Positions 7,896 through 16,136 of a DNA stretch of 25,651 bases are shown here, one piece after another (position 1 is the first letter of the stretch; each line of letters begins with the position of its first letter). The position numbers and the translations under genes are program-made. The stretch covers positions 1-25,651 of IMG/VR virus record IMGVR_UViG_2778261088_000004. One strand, written 5' to 3'. The notes beneath the pieces are model-generated. The model was not told where the DNA came from. It saw nothing but the letters and a program-made list of their open reading frames with translations, and made no database searches. This stretch comes from a virus. Its lineage: Duplodnaviria; Heunggongvirae; Uroviricota; Caudoviricetes.

Positions 7896-8749
7896 TCACT
7901 ATTACCAAAGAGCGACTGCTGACAATCAAGCAGTGGCGCGAAACATACGGACCTGATAGCAACGTTGTACTGCCAGCAGAAGAAGCGGAAGAACTGGCGC
8001 GTATCGTGCTGGCATCGCTGGAAGCAGAGCCTGTTCTGTATCAGTCCTGCACTCGCCCCACCTGGAATAGCGGTGTTCCGTGGACGGAATGGAAAGAACG
8101 TAGTCGTGAGTGCTACGAAGACGATTTGCGTTTTACAGACACGCCTGACCATGCTGGTTGGATATACAAATGTCGAAAACTATATACCACTCCGCCAGCG
8201 CCGATAGCGTTAGAGGCCATTGAAAACGCAATTGAATACATTCGTAGTATCGCTTTTCACATCGATGAAGACGATTACCACGGCAAACATATTGCGTATT
8301 TCATGCGACAAGCATTGGCCTGGCTGGAAGGGCATTCATGCAGCGACGACAGACTGGGTAAAGCCGACAATCAACCAGTACGCGGCAACCAGGCTGCCGA
8401 ATCCAATCGCGGTAATGAGTGGACCGGCAATCCTGATATTGATAACGCAATCATCATGCTCGACCGCATAGATACGGCGGAAAGTTACGATGATGACCGT
8501 ATTGAGGCTGTTAAGGCTGTTTTGCGTAGACTGGCAGGCAACTCTCCGGTAACTCCGGATGGTTGGATAAGCTGTAGTGAGCGAATGCCCCCTCAAGATG
8601 ATTGGATTTTAATTTATTCAAAGCACGGCGAGTATATGGCAGGACAGGTACAAGGGGAATACGTGGAGTTGAGCGACGGCACTTTATCGTGGTTAGGGAA
8701 CGCCTTGTTCTGGATGCCGTTACCAGAACCGCCGCAGGAGGCGAAATGA
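7892..8749 (+). CDS. Phage protein (285 aa) with C-terminal DUF551-like domain
   Basis: ATGA overlap with the upstream gene; C-terminal GW...LIYS...WLGNALFWMPLPEPP resembles the phage DUF551 domain from memory. Confidence 0.55.
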   Translation: MITITKERLLTIKQWRETYGPDSNVVLPAEEAEELARIVLASLEAEPVLYQSCTRPTWNSGVPWTEWKERSRECYEDDLRFTDTPDHAGWIYKCRKLYTTPPAPIALEAIENAIEYIRSIAFHIDEDDYHGKHIAYFMRQALAWLEGHSCSDDRLGKADNQPVRGNQAAESNRGNEWTGNPDIDNAIIMLDRIDTAESYDDDRIEAVKAVLRRLAGNSPVTPDGWISCSERMPPQDDWILIYSKHGEYMAGQVQGEYVELSDGTLSWLGNALFWMPLPEPPQEAK

Positions 8750-9006
8750 TGGATGTAAAAGAGAAGGTTTTGCAGGTGATGCGTTCCCGGGCTGCCCTGC
8801 AAGATAAAGCTCTCGGCGGGGAATATCCATTCAGGATGGCAACCTGGAATCTGCGGTTGGCAATGGAGAAGGAATTTCCTGATGAAGAATGGCGTTCGGC
8901 AGATTTGCGCAAAATTCTTATGGAGCTGGCTAAAGACGGAACAGTATCCAAAGATACCCATGCCAGCCGGATTGGTCAGGCGGTATGGAGACTGGAGGTG
9001 AGGTAA
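8746..9006 (+). CDS. Hypothetical protein (86 aa)
   Basis: Start taken at the ATG overlapping the upstream TGA (ATGA); the track's start at 8602 would lie inside the upstream gene. Confidence 0.45.
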   Translation: MMDVKEKVLQVMRSRAALQDKALGGEYPFRMATWNLRLAMEKEFPDEEWRSADLRKILMELAKDGTVSKDTHASRIGQAVWRLEVR

Positions 9007-9287
9007 TGGCTAACCTGCAACTTGCCGTTAAAGGTGAATACTTCGATGCCATGATTCGCGGGGAGAAAACGGAAGAGTATCGCCTGTGTAATGACTACTG
9101 GAATAAGCGCCTCGTTAACCGTAAGTATTACCGCCTGATTATCACAAAGGGATATCCGAAGCGCGAAGACTTCAGTCGCAGAATTGACGTCCCGTATAAC
9201 GGATATGAAATAAAAACAATCACACATCCACACTTCGGTGATAAACCGGTAAAGGTGTTCGCGATAAAAGTGAAGATTAATAGCTAA
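9006..9287 (+). CDS. Small ASCH-domain-like protein (93 aa)
   Basis: ATG after GGAGGTGAGG (TAATG overlap); AVKGEYFDAMIRGEKTEEYR matches the ASCH GxKxxExR signature. Confidence 0.5.
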   Translation: MANLQLAVKGEYFDAMIRGEKTEEYRLCNDYWNKRLVNRKYYRLIITKGYPKREDFSRRIDVPYNGYEIKTITHPHFGDKPVKVFAIKVKINS

Positions 9288-9310
9288 ATTTCAATTAACA
9301 CGGAGTAATT

Positions 9311-9604
9311 ATGTGGCGCGGTAATAATCATGGCGGAAGTCAGATGATACTTACCGAATATACGTTCGACCACAAAACCAATAAATCACGTTCAGTATAT
9401 TTGCTTCGGCACAATAGCCGCGTAAGAAATACCGTTCTGGAGCAAAATCTGACCGTTGAAATGGATAATTTGGGAAACTTCAAGCCAACAATATCGCTTG
9501 ATGATTTTCCGTGTGGTTTAAGCGAAAGAGAAGCAATGCTGAAATTAGCAGAATGGCTACAAAGATTAAGCATTGCTATTGAAGATAACTGGTCTGAACC
9601 TTAA
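9311..9604 (+). CDS. Hypothetical protein (97 aa)
   Basis: ORF with upstream GGAG; no motif recognised. Confidence 0.45.
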   Translation: MWRGNNHGGSQMILTEYTFDHKTNKSRSVYLLRHNSRVRNTVLEQNLTVEMDNLGNFKPTISLDDFPCGLSEREAMLKLAEWLQRLSIAIEDNWSEP

Positions 9605-9610
9605 ATTAAT

Positions 9611-9985
9611 ATGATGACACTAAAACATTTTCTTGACCGCCCATTATGGGCGGCAGCCGCAGGCTATGACTTTAATTATATGGATTGCATGTCTTATACT
9701 GCCAATGCATACGACCATTCGTTCAGCCTGCTGTTTAATTCTTTAAGAATATTGCCGGAAACAGAAGTTGGAGAGCTTCATTTATGGATATTGGGCTTTA
9801 TCGCGGCTGGAGTTGGTATTGCCGTATGGCCTTTTATTTTCTGGCTGGTGGCTGTTGTAGTGTGGTTTAAGTGCAAGACGTACCGGAAAAAGTATTTCTT
9901 AGGTGATGGAATGACTGATATTGCCAAAATGAACATTGAAAAATGGACTAAGGAATGTGAAAAGAAATGGCGCAAAAAGAAATGA
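9611..9985 (+). CDS. Small membrane protein (124 aa)
   Basis: Predicted helices LWILGFIAAGVGIAVWPFIFWLVAVVVWF; lysine-rich C-terminus. Confidence 0.5.
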   Translation: MMTLKHFLDRPLWAAAAGYDFNYMDCMSYTANAYDHSFSLLFNSLRILPETEVGELHLWILGFIAAGVGIAVWPFIFWLVAVVVWFKCKTYRKKYFLGDGMTDIAKMNIEKWTKECEKKWRKKK

Positions 9986-10641
9986 CTACTCTAACGACAG
10001 CATACTTACAGCAATTGGTATTTTTTGCAGGCGAGGCTACTTGTCATCCTGACGCAAACTATTTATTGGAATTTGAGAGGTTAGCGTCACCCGGTATCGT
10101 TCTGGAACTGGCCCAACAGGTGCTGGCCTTGAGACAAAAAGAGCAACATGAAAGTAATACGTGTAGATTGAATTTTGAGCAGTGGCTGGAACAGCAACGC
10201 GGAAAAATCGATGTGGACTGTGGTTGTGTGTCCACTGAAACATTCATGCACTGGCTGCGGGTAGCTTACGAGGCTGGCAACTATCCGGATATTCCGGATA
10301 GTTCGGTGCCAGCGCCAGGAAAGGGCGTCACCGGTGAACGTATCCGCATTAAGCCGCATGTTTATCGCGAACTGGTTAACCGTCTCCACGATACAGCGAT
10401 CAAGTGTGCTGGCACCCAGCAATTACGAGAAAGAATTAGCCGTGTTTTGGGCGACGTTATTACGCCATATCATCATAAACAAGCCGAGAAAAGCGGTCTG
10501 GAAAGGTGTCATCTTGAGGCAGCATTAAACATTAAGCCGGGGCATACGCTTGGCATTATTGATGCACTGTTGGTTCATAAGATGGCCAGGGCTTTATTGT
10601 CGTTGGTGGACGCTGGTGATACAAGCGAGGGTGAAGTATGA
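9967..10641 (+). CDS. Hypothetical protein (224 aa; start may instead be ATG 9982)
   Basis: ORF track; the alternative ATG at 9982 overlaps the upstream stop (ATGA). Confidence 0.5.
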   Translation: MAQKEMTTLTTAYLQQLVFFAGEATCHPDANYLLEFERLASPGIVLELAQQVLALRQKEQHESNTCRLNFEQWLEQQRGKIDVDCGCVSTETFMHWLRVAYEAGNYPDIPDSSVPAPGKGVTGERIRIKPHVYRELVNRLHDTAIKCAGTQQLRERISRVLGDVITPYHHKQAEKSGLERCHLEAALNIKPGHTLGIIDALLVHKMARALLSLVDAGDTSEGEV

Positions 10642-11000
10642 GAGTTGCAGATCACATCAAACACCTTGAAAGAATTATCGAAAACGGTGAACTCTTAAGA
10701 GATCAGATGAGACGCACGGCAGAAGCCAGGGAGGCGATAATCCACAGTCAGGCTGGTAAATTAAAGCAATTGTCAGAGATTAACACGCTATACAAGAACA
10801 GACGTAACCGGGCGGTGATGCGGCTTCAGAAAGCACGTAATGAAATTAAATTGGTGGAGGCAAAACTGAAAAAACAGATCCAGCGTTACGATCAGCAAGA
10901 TGCTTTTTATGCCGCCATCAAGGCGGCTGCTAATGAAATAGGCATCTGGAAGTTGCTGGTGGAGAAAGCAAAGACGAAGTTAAATGCCAACGAAAGCTGA
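10638..11000 (+). CDS. Hypothetical coiled-coil protein (120 aa); last gene of the rightward operon
   Basis: ATGA overlap with the upstream gene; K/E/R-rich helical sequence. Confidence 0.5.
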   Translation: MRVADHIKHLERIIENGELLRDQMRRTAEAREAIIHSQAGKLKQLSEINTLYKNRRNRAVMRLQKARNEIKLVEAKLKKQIQRYDQQDAFYAAIKAAANEIGIWKLLVEKAKTKLNANES

Positions 11001-11075
11001 ACTACAGGTGCCCACCAGCACATACAGAAAATGATTGTTTCCACATCAAGGAGATTTTAATGTTTCACTGAAACA

Positions 11076-11213
11076 TTAAGTAAGCCAGTGCATAATTCCA
11101 TTTTTTACTGACCTTAAAAGCAAAATCAAAACGATGATGAGGATAATAGCCAGAATCTGGCTAATAATAGGCGCATCTAAAAATGCACTCAGGAACTGAA
11201 AAAAAGCGTTCAT
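11076..11213 (-). CDS. Candidate 45-aa hydrophobic peptide (MNAFFQFLSAFLDAPIISQILAIILIIVLILLLRSVKNGIMHWLT)
   Basis: Found by hand translation of the minus strand; AAGGAA lies 8 nt upstream of the ATG; single transmembrane helix; sits in an otherwise gene-poor gap. Confidence 0.3.
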   Translation of the reverse strand: MNAFFQFLSAFLDAPIISQILAIILIIVLILLLRSVKNGIMHWLT

Positions 11214-12075
11214 TCAGGTGGTTCCTTGTCAAATGTAAAGGTGCACTTGCTCACGTTGACGTAGAAACCCAACCCCTATATAGTTGGATTCGGTGAATGA
11301 AAGTCGTTAACGTGAGCTTACGGCACATGTTTTCGGAAAAACATCAGGGAACGGCTAATTCCTTGATGCGGGTGGGGTCTGTAATGCAGACCCTATCTAT
11401 TAACGTCATGATTGCATCTCAAATTTTCTCCTTATCTTCAATTAATCTACATTCATTTCATCTGTTAGCCACCACAATATGTAGAAAATGGCCCTCTTGC
11501 AAGTGCATAACTTTGTGGATAACTCAGGAAGGAAAAAGTGGCTTTCGCGCACCTTCGGTCAGACAAGGTGTCCGGGAAAGTCAACGCAAAGAAAAAAATT
11601 GTTAAAAATAACGTTTGTTGGAATTGTATATTTTTATCCCCTTCAATGGTTAGCATTCTATTAACATCTTTTTTTAGAGACAGAAAAACATATCGTAACA
11701 ACATATATACAGTGTTAAGAGGCGAGTATTATCCTGCGGTGGGAATTCTGGGCGCTGTTAGATTCGACTTTCTCAGCAGGATTACATCGTCAACTTGCGA
11801 CGTTGCCGTATGACTTTCGTGTAATAGGTGACAATGATGCGGCTAGTGAGTTACTTGTGAAGTTTTTCGGAAAAGGTTTTGTGGCCTCGGATCTTGATGA
11901 GCTACAGCAACATGAAGTGTCTAATTTGATTTTTAGCCATAGCCAATAAGCCTCCCTCCTCCATCAAGGCCACAATTTGTGACCTTAAACAATTTGTTTT
12001 CTGCTTTTTCTTATTTGAGAAAATAACGTTGTTGACAGCTAATAGGCTCGTTGTTGTTATACATGCCTGTATAGA

Positions 12076-12432
12076 TTATGACCGTAAATTATTAGCGGAT
12101 TTTAAGCCATATTCACCGTTGTAGAAATTACTCATGTTCCATTCATTAGGAAGTTCTTTTCTGTCCAATGTATAGTGGCGCACGATATAACGATCTTCAT
12201 CTTCTTCGATGGACAGGCGGACATAGCCAATGTGAATCACCGATACGGGCGGTGTTCGTATTGCATAGATGTCGCGGAGATATACCGGCAGCTCGACAAA
12301 TGCATCAGGTGCATCTGTGATGCTCGTTTTTTCACAGTATTCATATAACGCATCGTTGATATTGTTAAGAGATTCATGATCGTATATTTCCAGGTAATTA
12401 CCGCGATCGCGATGGTACTCGATTTTAGCCAT
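12076..12432 (-). CDS. Hypothetical protein (118 aa), distal gene of a divergent two-gene operon
   Basis: ATG directly abuts the stop of the upstream gene (TGAATG), with AGGGG upstream; acidic; no family recognised. Confidence 0.6.
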   Translation of the reverse strand: MAKIEYHRDRGNYLEIYDHESLNNINDALYEYCEKTSITDAPDAFVELPVYLRDIYAIRTPPVSVIHIGYVRLSIEEDEDRYIVRHYTLDRKELPNEWNMSNFYNGEYGLKSANNLRS

Positions 12433-13017
12433 TCAAAATCCCCTGTTATCGTTTTGCATTTCTCTAATCCGGTTCAGAACTACTTCATGCTGGACTTGGA
12501 TAGCGGCTTTTTCGTTTTCAAGCCGGGCAATAGACATCTCTAATTCTTTGCTGTACCAGGCGAGCTGGGCCAGGTTCATCCGGTTGTGGTCGAGAGTTGG
12601 AGACACTTCGACGCGATCCCTTTCTTCCTGCTTTAATGAGAAGAGATTTATCTCATCCCTTGAGGAAAATTCAGCAACAATTTCTTGTTGATGATCCGGT
12701 CGCTGCGGCATCCTCGCCAGTATAAATGGCGGTTCTTTTGAAAACATGAATGTCGGTTCAGACCGTGTTTTTACCCAGCTTGCCTGCTGTCTTTCGGCAA
12801 GTTCACAGGCTTCATCATAGTTATCTGCCAAACAAAGCACGGATGGACGGTCCCACGCCCCACCATTCAGACAATAAACTACAATTTTCCCGTCAGGTTG
12901 TGTAACCCCATATGGATGGTCCCACCAGGCGTCCAGCTGAGCTTTAGAGCGTTTCTCGTTAGGAGTGCAGTCAAAATTTTTGGGCAATACAGGATCGAGA
13001 GGAATGCGGGCAGGCAT
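12433..13017 (-). CDS. Hypothetical protein (194 aa), proximal gene of a divergent two-gene operon
   Basis: ATG at 13017 with AAGGA 8 nt upstream; C-terminal coiled-coil-like segment; shares its upstream intergenic region with humD. Confidence 0.6.
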   Translation of the reverse strand: MPARIPLDPVLPKNFDCTPNEKRSKAQLDAWWDHPYGVTQPDGKIVVYCLNGGAWDRPSVLCLADNYDEACELAERQQASWVKTRSEPTFMFSKEPPFILARMPQRPDHQQEIVAEFSSRDEINLFSLKQEERDRVEVSPTLDHNRMNLAQLAWYSKELEMSIARLENEKAAIQVQHEVVLNRIREMQNDNRGF

Positions 13018-13152
13018 AGCTAATTCCTTATTAACTGATTGGCAACGAGGTTACGCTGATCCGTTGGTGATGAATAGTAGCAAAGAGCACAAAATCATCA
13101 GCGGTGGTTGATGTACGTAACGCGTTTGCACCAAAGGTGTCTCTTTAATGTA

Positions 13153-13172
13153 TACTGTATAAATGAACAGTA
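13153..13172 (+). promoter_or_regulatory. LexA (SOS) box TACTGTATAAATGAACAGTA
   Basis: CTGT-N8-ACAG with flanking TA/TA, close to the E. coli LexA consensus TACTGTATATATATACAGTA; 20 nt upstream of the humD ATG and overlapping a TATAAAT -10-like hexamer. Confidence 0.7.
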
Positions 13173-13191
13173 TTATTGAGGTGAAAACGCT

Positions 13192-13581
13192 ATGGGCTTC
13201 CCTTCTCCTGCGGCGGATTATGTTGAAAGCCGAATTTCTCTTGATCAGCAACTAATCAGGCATCCATCAGCAACCTACTTCATGCGGGCAGCTGATAGCC
13301 ATCACCGTGAGGGAATATTGCAGGGTGCTTTGCTGGTGGTTGATTCCTCGCTTACTCCGGTTGATGGTTCTCTGCTTGTGTGCGCTATGGAGGGTGAATA
13401 TCGCATAAAGAGATACAGGAAGTATCCGCGCCAGCACCTGGAGGATTTAAGCACCGGGAAGAAAGAGGCGTTACCAGTAGATGACGATGGATGCACGGGC
13501 AGTAATGCTGTTTTTGGTGTGATCACTCATGTCATCAATGATGCCCGAAGTGGGGAGTTTGATGATTGTCCGGTTATTTAA
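13192..13581 (+). CDS. humD: HumD, UmuD'-like SOS mutagenesis protein homolog (129 aa)
   Basis: GFPSPAADYVE...HPSATYF...FGVITHV aligns with the E. coli UmuD C-terminal domain; LexA box upstream; position before phd-doc as in P1. Confidence 0.85.
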   Translation: MGFPSPAADYVESRISLDQQLIRHPSATYFMRAADSHHREGILQGALLVVDSSLTPVDGSLLVCAMEGEYRIKRYRKYPRQHLEDLSTGKKEALPVDDDGCTGSNAVFGVITHVINDARSGEFDDCPVI

Positions 13582-13653
13582 GCTGCAAAGGGCTGGTGCT
13601 TTATGCCTGTGAGGTTTATAATTGTGTACACATAACGAGTACACGAGGTGTTT

Positions 13654-13875
13654 ATGCAATCCATTAACTTCCGTACCGCGCGCGGCAACCTTTCTGAAGT
13701 GCTCAACAATGTTGAAGCCGGGGAAGAGGTTGAAATCACCCGCAGAGGCCGTGAGCCAGCAGTAATTGTCAGCAAGGCTACTTTCGAAGCCTACAAAAAA
13801 GCGGCGCTGGATGCTGAATTTGCATCCCTGTTTGACACCCTGGACTCCACCAACAAGGAACTGGTTAACCGATAA
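13654..13875 (+). CDS. phd: Phd antitoxin (73 aa)
   Basis: [39 protein letters not shown]... recognised as P1 Phd; stop overlaps the doc start (TAATG). Confidence 0.9.
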
Positions 13876-14255
13876 TGAGGCATATATCACCGGAAGAACT
13901 TATTGCGCTTCATGATGCGAATATAAGCCGCTACGGCGGCCTGCCTGGCATGTCAGATCCGGGCAGGGCAGAGGCCATTATCGGGAGAGTTCAGGCCAGA
14001 GTTGCCTACGAAGAGATCACCGACCTTTTCGAAGTCTCCGCCACCTACCTGGTGGCTACAGCGAGAGGGCATATATTCAATGATGCCAATAAGCGTACCG
14101 CGCTAAACAGCGCGCTGCTATTTCTACGCCGTAACGGGGTGCAGGTATTTGATTCACCTGAACTGGCAGACCTTACTGTAGGCGCTGCGACTGGCGAGAT
14201 ATCTGTATCTTCTGTCGCCGACACGTTACGTAGATTGTATGGTTCTGCGGAGTAG
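13875..14255 (+). CDS. doc: Doc toxin (Fic-fold kinase, 126 aa)
   Basis: [22 protein letters not shown]...[11 protein letters not shown] (Fic-like motif) recognised as P1 Doc; coupled to phd. Confidence 0.9.
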
Positions 14256-14259
14256 ATTA

Positions 14260-14439
14260 ATGGCACGCAAATACAACAAATTGTCCCGTGAAGCGTTAAA
14301 GATGCTTCTTGATGGCGTGAGTCGCCGCGAGGTAAAGCAATACCTGGTTGGTAAGCAAATTGGAGCCAGGACTGCTATTGCTGTGTTATGCCGTCAGGAA
14401 ATGGTTGTGCTTAAACAGAGAATGCCGGGCAGCAGATAA
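14260..14439 (+). CDS. pdcA: PdcA-like small protein (59 aa from ATG 14260)
   Basis: Small ORF immediately after doc with GGAG upstream; named from P1 gene order (phd, doc, pdcA, pdcB), not from sequence recall. Confidence 0.45.
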   Translation: MARKYNKLSREALKMLLDGVSRREVKQYLVGKQIGARTAIAVLCRQEMVVLKQRMPGSR

Positions 14440-14466
14440 AGCCCAATCAGTGATGAAAGGTGTGAT

Positions 14467-15510
14467 GTGAAAGCCGTAATTACTCCCTTTGTACAAAAAG
14501 AGCTTGGCGTCGCCACATTCAAAGTGGATCAGGAAGTCAGAAAGCTGGTGGAGGCTGGCCGTAAATTTATTATGGAGCCGGTGCCGCGTGAGTTAATCGA
14601 GCACATGGACGACGGCCTCGTTGTTTCCGAGCAAACTATGGCAACAAATGAGGCGTTGCAGCCGTTTTTTAACAGCGATGAACTGTTTCGCCGTATTGGT
14701 GGAATTGACGCGCTGGTGGCGTGGTTGCGCAGGAAAGAGGGGCAATGCCAGGCCGCAGATCGTAGCTGGTGTGACAACCATATTGTCCACGCAGAACGAG
14801 ACAATAGCGCGGTGTTGTTGTGCTGGCATCACGATAACCATTACCGGATGCGTGGTTTTAATGAGCTGAAAGAAACGCTGCATAATAATCGCGTTAACTG
14901 GATACTGGATGTCGCCCGTCAGGAAATGGGGCTTTCAGATGGCCATGATTTAAGTATTCAGGAACTGTGCTGGTGGGCTTTCATGCGCAACATGATGCAC
15001 CTGATGCCGGAAGAAGTTTGCCGTATATCAATAAATAAGATGAAAGCCGCAACGCAGGATAGCGGACCTCTGAAAGAGGCGGATATTCGCCCGTATGACG
15101 ATCGCGCTACAGCATATGTTCAGATGATGGAAGAACGCGCCGCGCCGATGCGTGCAAAAGTATGCCCTGTGGATGTTGACTCCGACCCTGGCATGGCGCA
15201 TTTCAAAATACCAAAACTGCAATCGCTAAAATTACCTGAGTACATGGACTTTGTTGCTTCCCGTCCATGCTGTGGGTGTGGAGCGGCGGGAGCTGGCGCT
15301 CACATTACGCCTTATATCGTTCGTCATAGTCGATTATGCGCGCATGACATTTACGCAATTCCTCTGTGCCAGTCATGCCAGCGTGATATTGAGCGTGACC
15401 GCGATAATTGGGAGAAGACGCACGGTAGGCTGGCGATGCATCAACGATTGTTCTTTGATTACGCGCTTGGAGTCGGCGCTATCACAAGTCACTCGTCGAG
15501 TGTTAGATAA
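14467..15510 (+). CDS. pdcB: PdcB-like protein (347 aa) with Cys/His-rich HNH-like segments
   Basis: GTG start after AAAGGTG; segments [25 protein letters not shown] and CCGCG...LCQSCQ; named from P1 gene order. Confidence 0.55.
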   Translation: MKAVITPFVQKELGVATFKVDQEVRKLVEAGRKFIMEPVPRELIEHMDDGLVVSEQTMATNEALQPFFNSDELFRRIGGIDALVAWLRRKEGQCQAADRSWCDNHIVHAERDNSAVLLCWHHDNHYRMRGFNELKETLHNNRVNWILDVARQEMGLSDGHDLSIQELCWWAFMRNMMHLMPEEVCRISINKMKAATQDSGPLKEADIRPYDDRATAYVQMMEERAAPMRAKVCPVDVDSDPGMAHFKIPKLQSLKLPEYMDFVASRPCCGCGAAGAGAHITPYIVRHSRLCAHDIYAIPLCQSCQRDIERDRDNWEKTHGRLAMHQRLFFDYALGVGAITSHSSSVR

Positions 15511-15511
15511 A

Positions 15512-15528
15512 ATTGCTCTAATGTATTG
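15512..15528 (+). promoter_or_regulatory. C1 operator (ATTGCTCTAATGTATTG) upstream of lpa
   Basis: Matches the C1 operator consensus; followed by a TATTAT -10-like hexamer; consistent with C1 control of lpa in P1. Confidence 0.55.
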
Positions 15529-15598
15529 CTATTTCTTTAATCGAGGGTATTATATTCCACGTTGATTAGTTGACATGGGCTAATCAGTAGGTGACAGG

Positions 15599-16051
15599 AT
15601 GTTACTTAACTGGCAGGGACGCCACTTCATGGAAATAAATCACTCACGAATAACATCGTACGAGATTGCGGATTACATGATCCGCACTAAATCTCTTCTA
15701 TCAGCGAAAGAACTCGCAGCAATTCTTGAAAAGGAATACCCGCATCTGGATGTCGATAAGCGCGATGTTTATCTGCGCTTAAAGGCTATCGCTGTGTCTA
15801 AGTATTCGTCTGTTTTGATTGATGACAGTACACGCCCACGTAGATTTCAGATCCACTCTCTGAATCCTGAATTCTTTCGCCGTAGCCGCGCTCCGCGCCG
15901 GTTTGATGAAAAACTCCAGAACGAACTCTATATGACGCAGGACGAAAAGGAACGCCGGGAGCACCAGCCTTGGGTAATGGCGCGTCAACTTTTCAATAAG
16001 GTGGCCCGTCAGCACCGTCATTACGGTAATGCCACATCCGCACGTATCTGA
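15599..16051 (+). CDS. lpa: Late promoter activator Lpa-like protein (150 aa)
   Basis: Position between pdcB and pacA, size, and the upstream C1 operator match P1 lpa; sequence itself not independently recalled. Confidence 0.55.
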   Translation: MLLNWQGRHFMEINHSRITSYEIADYMIRTKSLLSAKELAAILEKEYPHLDVDKRDVYLRLKAIAVSKYSSVLIDDSTRPRRFQIHSLNPEFFRRSRAPRRFDEKLQNELYMTQDEKERREHQPWVMARQLFNKVARQHRHYGNATSARI

Positions 16052-16136
16052 TTGATTGCTTGCCCGTTCCGGGCCTTTTGACATGTGACTTTCGTTACCC
16101 TCGCGTCAAAAAGAGTTTTTACGAAAGGAAGCATAA

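Noticed and set aside
11297-11813. Plus-strand ORFs of 102 and 91 aa in the 11-12 kb gap
   Set aside because: No ribosome-binding sites, composition unlike neighbouring genes, mutually overlapping frames; more likely non-coding.
16078-16136. TTGACA at 16078 as the pacA promoter -35
   Set aside because: No acceptable -10 at 16-18 bp spacing; P1 late promoters have a different architecture that I cannot reliably recognise by eye.
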